A DNA stretch of 61,437 nt, the filler included. It is 4 parts of 4 records of this genome, joined end to end, with 100 filler letters (N's around TTAATTAATTAA, not from the genome) between each part and the next. Parts side by side here need not be neighbours in the genome. Positions count along the whole stretch, not along the records: positions 22,302 to 49,848 come from SRR20825010_1420; 3 more parts are not named here. One strand, given 5' to 3'. Under the pieces are notes generated by a model, which ran no database searches, was not told the origin of the DNA, and saw nothing but the letters and a program-made list of their open reading frames with translations. The position numbers were made by a program, and so were the translations under genes. Shown one piece after another: positions 29,846-38,680 of this stretch; within the stretch, counting starts at the first letter, position 1; every line of letters begins with the position of its first letter.

Positions 29846-30025
29846 GTGTCGAATTTGTGGAGCAAAATTAATTATTTGATTGGAAAACCAGCGAAACGAT
29901 CAATTCGCATGAAATTATGAGGCAATTGAGTGGTTGATTTAACAGTTGAAATGATGAAAACTTTTTTTGTGGGTTCATTAGTTCTCAACGCTAGATTGTA
30001 CTTTTGATTTGTTAAAACATAGACC

Positions 30026-30994
30026 ATGAAGAATATTGGAATTATCTGCGGTGGGTTTTCGTCTGAATTTGATATTTCAGTGAAAAGTGCAACAACCATT
30101 TTAAATCACTTTCCGAGTGGTTATCGTCCTTTTCTAGTGGTGCTCTCCAGCGCTGGATTTAGTGTGCGCATTGGAGAGGAAGAACTTGATTTAAACCGAG
30201 TAGATTTTAGTTTTCAATACAACGGGAAGCTGGAAAAAATGGATGCTGCAATTATTTACATTCATGGTGATCCAGGTGAGAATGGAAAAATTCAAGCATA
30301 CTTAGAAATGATCGATATCCCTTATGTCAACTCTGGACCGCTCGCATCCCAATTGTCCTTTGATAAATGGTATTGCAATCAATTCCTTCGAGCTTTTGAT
30401 ATTCCTGTTGCGAAATCAATTCATTTGACAAATAGTTCCGCGAAATTGGACGGAGATCAAATGATTCAGGATTTAGGATTGCCTGTTTTTGTGAAACCAT
30501 GTGATTCTGGATCGAGCTACGGCATCGCGAAAATTTCAAGTGCGGATCAATTGATCCCTGGGATAGAAAATGCATTTAAGGAAGGTAGATCTGTAGTGGT
30601 TGAAGCCTTCTTGGACGGTACTGAGGTAACTTGCGGTGTGTATAGAACCGCTGACGGTTTAAACGCACTTCCAATCACTGAAATCGTTTCGGACAATGAT
30701 TTTTTCGATTATGAAGCAAAATACTTGGGAAAATCTCAGGAAATTACTCCCGCTAGAGTGAGCGATGAAATTACATTACTCGTTCAAGAACAAGCGAAAA
30801 AAATCTATGAATTACTTCAATTGAGATCAATCGCACGAGTTGATTTCATGTTGGTAAACAATATTCCGCACGTGATTGAGGTAAATACAACTCCAGGATT
30901 TTCTAGCGAGAGCCTTGTTCCAAAAATGCTCGGTGTCGCAGGGATTTCAATAACCGATTTTTGGACATCGATTCTGAAAGAAGAATTGAAGTAA
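30026..30994 (+). CDS. ddl: D-alanine--D-alanine ligase
   Basis: GGFSSE, HGDPGENG, GSSYG, FFDYEAKY, EVNTTPG. Confidence 0.96.
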   Translation: MKNIGIICGGFSSEFDISVKSATTILNHFPSGYRPFLVVLSSAGFSVRIGEEELDLNRVDFSFQYNGKLEKMDAAIIYIHGDPGENGKIQAYLEMIDIPYVNSGPLASQLSFDKWYCNQFLRAFDIPVAKSIHLTNSSAKLDGDQMIQDLGLPVFVKPCDSGSSYGIAKISSADQLIPGIENAFKEGRSVVVEAFLDGTEVTCGVYRTADGLNALPITEIVSDNDFFDYEAKYLGKSQEITPARVSDEITLLVQEQAKKIYELLQLRSIARVDFMLVNNIPHVIEVNTTPGFSSESLVPKMLGVAGISITDFWTSILKEELK

Positions 30995-31102
30995 ACTAGT
31001 TCTATTTGGGATTTTACTCATCAAAGCAAATATGTAAATTCCACCACTTCATAATTTGGTGTCTTAGAATTGATCATCAAATGATTTATGGGAGAACTAC
31101 TT

Positions 31103-31669
31103 TTAGTAATCCATTTTGGTTAATGTCCCATCTAGTTGGTAATAAAAATTAAATGAAGTCCCTCCATTTTCTGGAGTTAGCTGAACATGATATTCTGCAT
31201 TAGAAACATCTCCATTTTTTGGGAATTTTATATTGGCGATACTTAAGGCTGGATTTTTAATTTTCTTTTCTGCCTTCAGTTTTGCGATGGATTGTTCGAC
31301 TAATTCGCCGAGTTTTGCGACACTAAATTGATCGTCTAGTTGAAACATAAAGTCTGACGCTTTGCTTCCTTCAGGGATTTCTAGTGTTATATCGGAGTTT
31401 TGTTTCCAGTTGTTTTGGGATAAATTCCATTCGCCCATTTGCAAAGATTCGGGATTGTCTGTTACCGTCGTAGCAATCCAAATTCCAATGTGCTCATCGT
31501 AGCCTACGTTTAAATCTGTATAATACGCTTTATCGCCAAATTTGTCTTTGAGTTCTTTTTCCAAAGCTCCAAAACCTTCACTGTTTAATGGTTGTGTACT
31601 TGTGTTATCACCGCACGAAACCAAAATTGCAGTAATCATTGTTAGGAGCGCGTATTTAATTGTTTTCAT
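31103..31669 (-). CDS. Hypothetical lipoprotein
   Basis: Start moved to MKTIK (ATG at 31669); lipobox LVSC. Confidence 0.75.
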   Translation of the reverse strand: MKTIKYALLTMITAILVSCGDNTSTQPLNSEGFGALEKELKDKFGDKAYYTDLNVGYDEHIGIWIATTVTDNPESLQMGEWNLSQNNWKQNSDITLEIPEGSKASDFMFQLDDQFSVAKLGELVEQSIAKLKAEKKIKNPALSIANIKFPKNGDVSNAEYHVQLTPENGGTSFNFYYQLDGTLTKMDY

Positions 31670-31703
31670 AAGTTGTGTTTTGATAATGGTAGAGCTCGAG
31701 CGA

Positions 31704-31919
31704 CTATTCTTCTTCGTCATTTCCTTTGAATAAAAAGAACAAGACTCCACCAACGAGGATTAAAGCCCCCCTGATAATCCAACCCATCGTGTTGCCCCAA
31801 AGATCTACCCATGCGAGTAAGCGAACGTTGTAATTAAAAATAGAGAGTGCAATAGAGATGATTCCAAGTGCTGCGATTAGAAGTCCTACTTGACCTACTT
31901 TTGATTTTAAATTTTCCAT
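31704..31919 (-). CDS. Small two-TM membrane protein
   Basis: 71 aa; two hydrophobic helices around LLAWVDLWG; acidic tail. Confidence 0.75.
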   Translation of the reverse strand: MENLKSKVGQVGLLIAALGIISIALSIFNYNVRLLAWVDLWGNTMGWIIRGALILVGGVLFFLFKGNDEEE

Positions 31920-32070
31920 GTGACTTTATAGTTGATTTGATGTGAAAGTAAAGTCAACAGGAATAATAAAAAATAGTCATTCTATTTCCGAGCGGGTAAA
32001 ATCAATATGCGTAATAGTTGATCTATTAATCGTGAATGAAAAAAAACGGAATTGGATACTAATGGCTTAT

Positions 32071-32808
32071 TCAGTTAGTGTTGCGATTTAAGAAGGTCGC
32101 TAAAAAAGCTTCCTTTTTGCGAAAGGATACAGGAATCTTACTCCCATTCTTCAGATAAATAAGCCCCGATTTGTCATATTTATCAATGAATTTCAGATTG
32201 ACCATAAAGGATTGATGCGGACGGGAAAAATTTGATTTTGTAAGTCGATCTTCAAACTCTTTTAACGTTTTAGAAACGAGGTGTCTTTTACCGTCGCTGG
32301 TAAAGAAGGTCGTATATCCCTTATCCGATTCGCAGTACATTAACTCGTTGAGATCAATGACTTGAAAGCTATCTTGAAGTGATAAAATCAAGGAATTGTC
32401 TCCCTCGTTCCAAACCTCTTTGACGGTTTTTATTTGCTTCTGTTGATCGGCAATAGAGAGTTTCTCTACTTTGTTTAACGCCGATTGCAGTTCTTCCAAT
32501 TCAACAGGCTTCAATAGATAGTCTACAGCGCCAAGTTTTAGTGCTTTTAACGCAAATTCTTCGTAAGCAGTAATAAAAATAATTTTAAATGTTAGGTTCT
32601 CTGTTTGATCTAAAAAATCGAAAGCAGTACCATCCAAAAGGTTAATATCCAGAAAGATTAGCTCTGGTTTGCACGCATTAGCAACTACTAAAGCATCTTT
32701 TACAGATTCACATTCACCAATGACTTTTACAGGCGTATCTGTCAATTCCAATAAATTAACCAACGCTTTGCGGATATATTCTTTGTCTTCAACTATTATT
32801 GCATTCAT
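32071..32808 (-). CDS. LytTR-family response regulator
   Basis: Receiver IVED...FLDI...DYLLKP; LytTR RPHQSFMVN. Confidence 0.94.
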   Translation of the reverse strand: MNAIIVEDKEYIRKALVNLLELTDTPVKVIGECESVKDALVVANACKPELIFLDINLLDGTAFDFLDQTENLTFKIIFITAYEEFALKALKLGAVDYLLKPVELEELQSALNKVEKLSIADQQKQIKTVKEVWNEGDNSLILSLQDSFQVIDLNELMYCESDKGYTTFFTSDGKRHLVSKTLKEFEDRLTKSNFSRPHQSFMVNLKFIDKYDKSGLIYLKNGSKIPVSFRKKEAFLATFLNRNTN

Positions 32809-32810
32809 GG

Positions 32811-35006
32811 TTATGATCTAATTTTATAGGGAATTACAATCGTTACAATCGTCCCGTTTTCTTTAAATTTCTTTCGGTCCTCAATAGTGACTGTACCTGT
32901 TACTTTTAAATCTTTGGAAAGTATTTTTAAGCGCTCGTTCGTTATGGCCGTGGATAATGAGGTTTTTTGTTGCTCTCTTTTTTTCACGCTAGAATCGATA
33001 CCAATGCCATTATCTGTTATGGTGCAAATTAGATTATTTTTCATATAAGTGATGTGAACATTAATCTTTTTAGTGTCGGTCACATTCACAAATGCATGCT
33101 CAATCGCATTTTCCACAAAAGGCTGAATCAGCATTGGTGGGATGATAAATTGTGTAACGTCAACAGTTTCATCTACCGATACCGAATATCTATATGATTC
33201 ATTTTCTAAATTTTGAAGCGCTAGATAGTTTTCCACAGCGGCTAATTCATGTTCTAAAGAGACCGTTTTATCCCTTGAGTTTTCAAGAATAATGCGGAGT
33301 AATCTTGAAAATTTTGATAAATAATTAACCGATTTTTTTTCTTCCTTATTTAAGATCATCCCTTGAAGAACGGAGAGCGAGTTAAAGATGAAGTGCGGTG
33401 TCATTTGTGAACGTAATAATCTTTGTTCGATGATAATATTCTGGTTTTTTGATTTGATATTTCTGAATCTTAAATAAAAAATAATCCCACCCAATAGCAT
33501 CGTTACCAACAGAGATATGATAATTGTCCACAAATAATTTTGTTTAGATTTTTCCAAATCTTTATTCGTAGTCTTTACTTTTTTGGTCAATTTTAATTCC
33601 CTGTAATTCGCAGAGGCCAATTCATTTTGATATTTATATTCGTATTCTAGTTGTGTGATTTTCTCTATATTTTCTTTATTAAATAGGCTGTCATTGAACA
33701 GTTTGAATTGTTCGTAGCTCAATAACGCGTTTTTATAATCTCCGGTGCTTTCGTATATTTCCGAGAGTAGTTCGTTGACATCTTTTTGCTGTTCTAAAAG
33801 GTTTAGTTTTTTAGAAATTCCATGCGCTTTTAACGCAGTATTTAACGCTTCGGGGTATTTTTTTTGTTGGGTATACACTTTCGTAATTCCTACATAAGAA
33901 ATACATAAATCAAATTGGTTATTAATATCAAGATTAATATTTCTTGCTCTGTCAAAATAATTATAGGCTTCCGAATACTTTTTCAGACTGAAGTATACGT
34001 CTCCCAGATTGTTTAGGCACTGCGTAGCGAGATCTTGATGATTTATTTCAGTACTTATTTTTAAAGCATCGTTTAAATAAGGAATCGCCTTTTGATATTC
34101 TCGTTTATGAATGTAAACACTGGCAATGTTGTTTTTTGCTACGGCAATTTCAGCCTTGTTTTTTTTGTGCTCATATATTTTATATGAACGCTCATAAAAC
34201 GCTAAAGCTCGGTCGAATTGTTCTTGATGCTTGTAAATAAGACCAATGTTATTTAATGATTTCGCGATACCGAGTGAGTCATTGGTTTTTTCTGCAAGGC
34301 TTAATGACTTACTGTGGAATTCCAACGATAAAGGATAGTTTCCCTGGTTTTGATAAAGAATGGCTATTGTATTTAAGCAGTTCGCCATTCCAAGTTTGTT
34401 ATCGCTCTTTTTATACATTCTAAGAGCTTTCTTAAAATTTAGCAATGCTCTCGGATAGTTATCTGTCTTGAAATAATTAATACCAATGTTGTAAACTTGG
34501 TGAGGTATATTTTCTTCTAATCCTATTTCTTCATCAATTTTTACCGATTTTTCATAGTATAGGGTCGACTTTTCATAGTTACCTTGGTTAGAATAAACGA
34601 TTCCTATGCCATTATAGCAATTCGAAATACCTCTCTTAAAATCAAGCGCAGTATACAACTGTGCCGATTTTTCAAAATATTGAATGGCTTCATTGTAAAT
34701 TGATAAGGACATTTTTGCAATTCCTTTTACGTAGATCGCTCTTGCCTTTCCTTTTTTAAAATCTACAGCATCCGCTAGCTTCATTGACTCTTCTATATAT
34801 TGGAGAGTTTTAGCAGGATCTTCCCGATAATAGGAAAAAGCTAGGTCGTTTAAAATATTTACGCGTGTTGTGTCATTCTTAGGGTGGATTTTTAACTGAT
34901 ATTTCAAACTATCAATGGTCTCGTTCTGCGAAAAAGCAACAGGAATAAAAAACAAGAAATTCAGCAAGAGAATAGAATAAAAACAGATCGTCTTTTTTGA
35001 ACACAT
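32811..35006 (-). CDS. TPR-repeat LytS-type sensor histidine kinase
   Basis: Periplasmic TPR array, one TM, SQMTPHFIFNSL, QPFVENAIEH, DNGIG. Confidence 0.93.
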   Translation of the reverse strand: MCSKKTICFYSILLLNFLFFIPVAFSQNETIDSLKYQLKIHPKNDTTRVNILNDLAFSYYREDPAKTLQYIEESMKLADAVDFKKGKARAIYVKGIAKMSLSIYNEAIQYFEKSAQLYTALDFKRGISNCYNGIGIVYSNQGNYEKSTLYYEKSVKIDEEIGLEENIPHQVYNIGINYFKTDNYPRALLNFKKALRMYKKSDNKLGMANCLNTIAILYQNQGNYPLSLEFHSKSLSLAEKTNDSLGIAKSLNNIGLIYKHQEQFDRALAFYERSYKIYEHKKNKAEIAVAKNNIASVYIHKREYQKAIPYLNDALKISTEINHQDLATQCLNNLGDVYFSLKKYSEAYNYFDRARNINLDINNQFDLCISYVGITKVYTQQKKYPEALNTALKAHGISKKLNLLEQQKDVNELLSEIYESTGDYKNALLSYEQFKLFNDSLFNKENIEKITQLEYEYKYQNELASANYRELKLTKKVKTTNKDLEKSKQNYLWTIIISLLVTMLLGGIIFYLRFRNIKSKNQNIIIEQRLLRSQMTPHFIFNSLSVLQGMILNKEEKKSVNYLSKFSRLLRIILENSRDKTVSLEHELAAVENYLALQNLENESYRYSVSVDETVDVTQFIIPPMLIQPFVENAIEHAFVNVTDTKKINVHITYMKNNLICTITDNGIGIDSSVKKREQQKTSLSTAITNERLKILSKDLKVTGTVTIEDRKKFKENGTIVTIVIPYKIRS

Positions 35007-35153
35007 TGTAATTTGAATTTCTTTTTTCTTGATTACGTCATCGTAAATCTACTATTTTAGAAATAAAGGTTACTCCCTATTCAAGAGGTCATAGAGTTTT
35101 GATATGTTTGATAGTGTCAATTTGAATTCCGAACAGACAAATTATTGTACCAA

Positions 35154-36617
35154 TCAAAGCACACTAATCGCATTAAACACTACCTCCATTTTATCGACAA
35201 GCGCACTCGAAGAACACGTTGCATTATTTACAATCAATGCAAACGCATACTTTTTCCCCGTGGAAGAATTCACATATCCGGCATAGCTTTTAATCCGCGT
35301 CATTGATCCACTTTTTGCGGCAATTCTGCCATCTCCAGCCTGACCTTTACAAATATTCCGCATCGTTCCTGATTTTCCTGCAACTGGTAACGAAGCATAA
35401 AATCGATCTCCATTTTTTCCTTTTTTGATCGCACTAAGTAGTCCTGTGAAATGAGCGGCTGAAATAGCATTTGAACGAGAAAGACCGCTTCCGTCATTTA
35501 CATGCATCGCCGTAGTTGTGAATTTTGACGTCCAATACTGCTCTAAAGCACGAAGTCCAGAAGTCGTACTACCATCGCCTGTTTTTTCATAACCAACGAG
35601 GTTCACTATGTGTTCTGCGAATAGATTTACACTCCGTTCATTCGTTTTGTCGACGATTTGTCCAATGGAAACACCATAGTGAGAAAGGATTAATGTTCGC
35701 GCCGTATAATCCTTCGATGTACTAAAAACGTCCATTTCTCTCGCTGTTTTAAGGTCTCCAGCAACAGAAATACCTTTTTGAGAAAGAATTCGCTCAAATT
35801 CAAAGGCAAATTGTCGCTCCGGGTCAGGGAGGCTTCCTTTTACAATAAACGAGCTTTGACCAACAGGTAATGTTCCATTAGCGAAGCGATCACGATCGAA
35901 TGGACCGCCATAGATGTAGACATTGTCGCCACTTTTACTCGAGGATTTCACATAGTTATGGAAGATGAGCCAAGGAATTTCGGGTGACATGGAAGCCAAT
36001 TTAGCATCGCGCCCAACGGAAGAAGGTGTAGAGAAAGAATACTCAATCATATTATCGAAAATTGTCAAGCCACTCGGACCTGCACCATAGTAATTTCCCA
36101 TATCAGACCAGCTCCAGCCGTCAGGAACACCTTCGTATCCAAACTCAGATGCATCTGCAATAATATTCCCCTCTATGGTTTTTATCCCTGCTTTTGCAAG
36201 AGAATCTGCCCAATTTTCCAAAAAAGCCGTTCTATTTGATTTGTCGAAATAATAATGACTCCCAAGTGATGGGTCGCCACCGCCTCTAATCCATATATTT
36301 CCTTTCAAAACACCTGATGGATCAACAATTCCATCGTGGTACACACGCGTTAGAGGTCGATAGTTTTCTCCAAGGATCTCCAATGCTGTAGCAGTAGAAA
36401 AGAGTTTTGCCGTTGAAGCAGTTGCTAAGGTTCTATTAGGATCGTACGATGCAACCACTTCCCCAGAGGAAAGGTCAACCACTTGAAAACTCACAGAGGC
36501 GTATTGAAGTGCATTGTCAGCAACAAAATTGTTAATGGCCTTTTGTGCGCCATTCTGTGAATAGACTGAATTCGCAGAAAGGATCAAAAGAAATAGAATA
36601 GAACTTAGTATCTTCAT
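35154..36617 (-). CDS. dacB: D-Ala-D-Ala carboxypeptidase/endopeptidase (PBP4, peptidase S13)
   Basis: ASTAK (SxxK), SVN (SxN), KSG, GGGDPSLGS, DGSGLSRSN. Confidence 0.94.
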   Translation of the reverse strand: MKILSSILFLLILSANSVYSQNGAQKAINNFVADNALQYASVSFQVVDLSSGEVVASYDPNRTLATASTAKLFSTATALEILGENYRPLTRVYHDGIVDPSGVLKGNIWIRGGGDPSLGSHYYFDKSNRTAFLENWADSLAKAGIKTIEGNIIADASEFGYEGVPDGWSWSDMGNYYGAGPSGLTIFDNMIEYSFSTPSSVGRDAKLASMSPEIPWLIFHNYVKSSSKSGDNVYIYGGPFDRDRFANGTLPVGQSSFIVKGSLPDPERQFAFEFERILSQKGISVAGDLKTAREMDVFSTSKDYTARTLILSHYGVSIGQIVDKTNERSVNLFAEHIVNLVGYEKTGDGSTTSGLRALEQYWTSKFTTTAMHVNDGSGLSRSNAISAAHFTGLLSAIKKGKNGDRFYASLPVAGKSGTMRNICKGQAGDGRIAAKSGSMTRIKSYAGYVNSSTGKKYAFALIVNNATCSSSALVDKMEVVFNAISVL

Positions 36618-36651
36618 GCCGGAGTTTTAATGTAAATGTCACTAACAAAAC

Positions 36652-36666
36652 TCAATGAATGTGCCA
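36652..36666 (-). promoter_or_regulatory. Candidate sigma-54 promoter for dacB
   Basis: Minus strand TGGCAC-ATTCA-TTGA, 34 nt upstream of the ATG; one mismatch in the -12 box. Confidence 0.55.
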
Positions 36667-36727
36667 AACCACTACAAACTTTTAAACAGCTGGTTCTCGA
36701 AAGGGGATCAAAAAAGGATTTTGAAGG

Positions 36728-37906
36728 GTGGAAAAAATTAAGGTATTAAGAATAATCAATCGATTTAATATCGGTGGTCCGACCTATAACGCTACATTTT
36801 TAAGTGCTTTCCTGAGTGAAGAATTTGAAACTTTGTTAGTCGGCGGACTTCCTGAGAAAGGCGAGTCGGATTCGCTTTATATTCTAGAAAAATATAACGT
36901 GAAACCTTTTCTGATCGAAGAACTTGTGCGAACTCCGAACTTTAAGAGCGATCGAAAAGCTTATAAACGGTTGAAAGAAATTATTAAGGAATTCAAACCT
37001 GATATCGTTCATACACACGCTTCAAAAGCAGGGGCATTAGGGCGAAAGGCGGCCTTCGCATGTAAGGTTCCAATTGTGTTACATACGTTTCATGGACATG
37101 TGTTTCATTCCTATTTTGGGAAGATGAAAACGGGTTTATTCAAAACCATTGAGCGCAGTTTGGCAAAACGATCTACAGGAATTGTTGCCATTTCTGAACG
37201 TCAAAAGGAGGAATTGTCGAAAATTCATCGCATTTGTCCCGCAGAGAAAATTAAGGTCATTCCACTCGGGTTTGACTTACGTCCTTTTCATGAGAAGCGA
37301 CTTTCACATCGCGCATTAACGAGAGAGAAATATAGTTTGAATGATGACGAAATTGCAATCGGAATTATCGGCAGACTTGCACCTATAAAAAACCATAATC
37401 TGTTTTTGGACGTAATTATAGAAGTGCTGAATGAAACAACAAAGAAAATTAAAGTGTTCATTGTGGGCGATGGATCAGAAAGAGAACAAATTGAACTCCG
37501 TGTGAATGAAATTAATGCGCAATTCGATAATCAAGTAACGATGACCTCATGGATTAAGGATATTGGTGAATTTAATGCAGGAATGGATATTGTTTGCTTG
37601 ACGTCCAACAATGAAGGGACGCCCGTGAGTATGATTGAAGCTCAGGCAGGTGGGATTCCAGTGATTTCCACAGATGTGGGTGGAGTGAGAGATGTAGTTA
37701 AGGACGGTGAAACAGGTTTTATTGTGGAACCAAATAATGTGAATGCGTACAGTGAAAAATTACTGGAATTGTGTGAAAATGAAAAAATCCGTGATAAAAT
37801 GTCACAAAATGGCTGGAAGTTCGTAGAAGAAAGATTCCATTACACCACGTTAGTGACAAATATGGAAAAGTACTACAAACAATTAATGAAGGAGAATATC
37901 AAATGA
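36728..37906 (+). CDS. Glycosyltransferase family 4
   Basis: HTHASKAG, GRLAPIKNH, EGTPVSMIEA, TDVGG. Confidence 0.93.
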   Translation: MEKIKVLRIINRFNIGGPTYNATFLSAFLSEEFETLLVGGLPEKGESDSLYILEKYNVKPFLIEELVRTPNFKSDRKAYKRLKEIIKEFKPDIVHTHASKAGALGRKAAFACKVPIVLHTFHGHVFHSYFGKMKTGLFKTIERSLAKRSTGIVAISERQKEELSKIHRICPAEKIKVIPLGFDLRPFHEKRLSHRALTREKYSLNDDEIAIGIIGRLAPIKNHNLFLDVIIEVLNETTKKIKVFIVGDGSEREQIELRVNEINAQFDNQVTMTSWIKDIGEFNAGMDIVCLTSNNEGTPVSMIEAQAGGIPVISTDVGGVRDVVKDGETGFIVEPNNVNAYSEKLLELCENEKIRDKMSQNGWKFVEERFHYTTLVTNMEKYYKQLMKENIK

Positions 37907-38667
37907 GAAGCATTTTTTGTATTGGAATTCTAGCGCTTAGTGCCTTGTTTTTTGGCAGTTGCGGTGTGAATAGTAATGTGATGTTCAAAGAGGCAAAGAA
38001 TGCTCCAATTAATGATTCTATTCCTCTCAAACCGATTGATGATTATCGCATTTCAGCGGATGACAAAATTGCTTTCACACTTACTACGAATGATGGAAAA
38101 CGAATCGTAGAGGAACTTACGGGCATTTCAGAGGAATCTAGAAAACTACCGTTGGAAACCGAATATTTGGTGCGAAGCGACGGAAATACAAAGTTACCAA
38201 TCATTGGAATGGTGAAATTAGACGGTCTTACGCTCAGTCAATGTGAGGATACATTAGCGAAACTATATTCTGTTCAATATAAAGATCCATTTGTTCAGGT
38301 AAGAATAACGAATCAACGAGTGATTGTGTTTCCTGGAAATGGATCTGATGCACGTGTAATTCCACTGCTAAATACCAATACAACTTTAATGGAAGCACTT
38401 GCTCAAGCTGGAGGAATTACCGATCGTGGAAAAGCGAGCACCATAAAACTTATGCGTAAAGTGGACGGACAACGAGTCATTTACAGAATTGATTTGGCAA
38501 CAATAGAAGGACTAAAGTTTGTCGATATGATTGTACAAGCCAATGATTACATCTATGTTGAACCAACGCCAGATCTATCGAGAGAAATTTCTGAAGATGT
38601 TGTGCCAATAGTTTCACTATTATCCAGTGCAATTGTTATATTTTCGGCAATTAGTTTGATCAAATAA
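37903..38667 (+). CDS. wza: Polysaccharide export outer-membrane lipoprotein
   Basis: Lipobox FGSC, DGNTKLPIIG, SLBB motif EALAQAGG. Confidence 0.9.
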   Translation: MRSIFCIGILALSALFFGSCGVNSNVMFKEAKNAPINDSIPLKPIDDYRISADDKIAFTLTTNDGKRIVEELTGISEESRKLPLETEYLVRSDGNTKLPIIGMVKLDGLTLSQCEDTLAKLYSVQYKDPFVQVRITNQRVIVFPGNGSDARVIPLLNTNTTLMEALAQAGGITDRGKASTIKLMRKVDGQRVIYRIDLATIEGLKFVDMIVQANDYIYVEPTPDLSREISEDVVPIVSLLSSAIVIFSAISLIK

Positions 38668-38680
38668 AACCAGGGATTTA

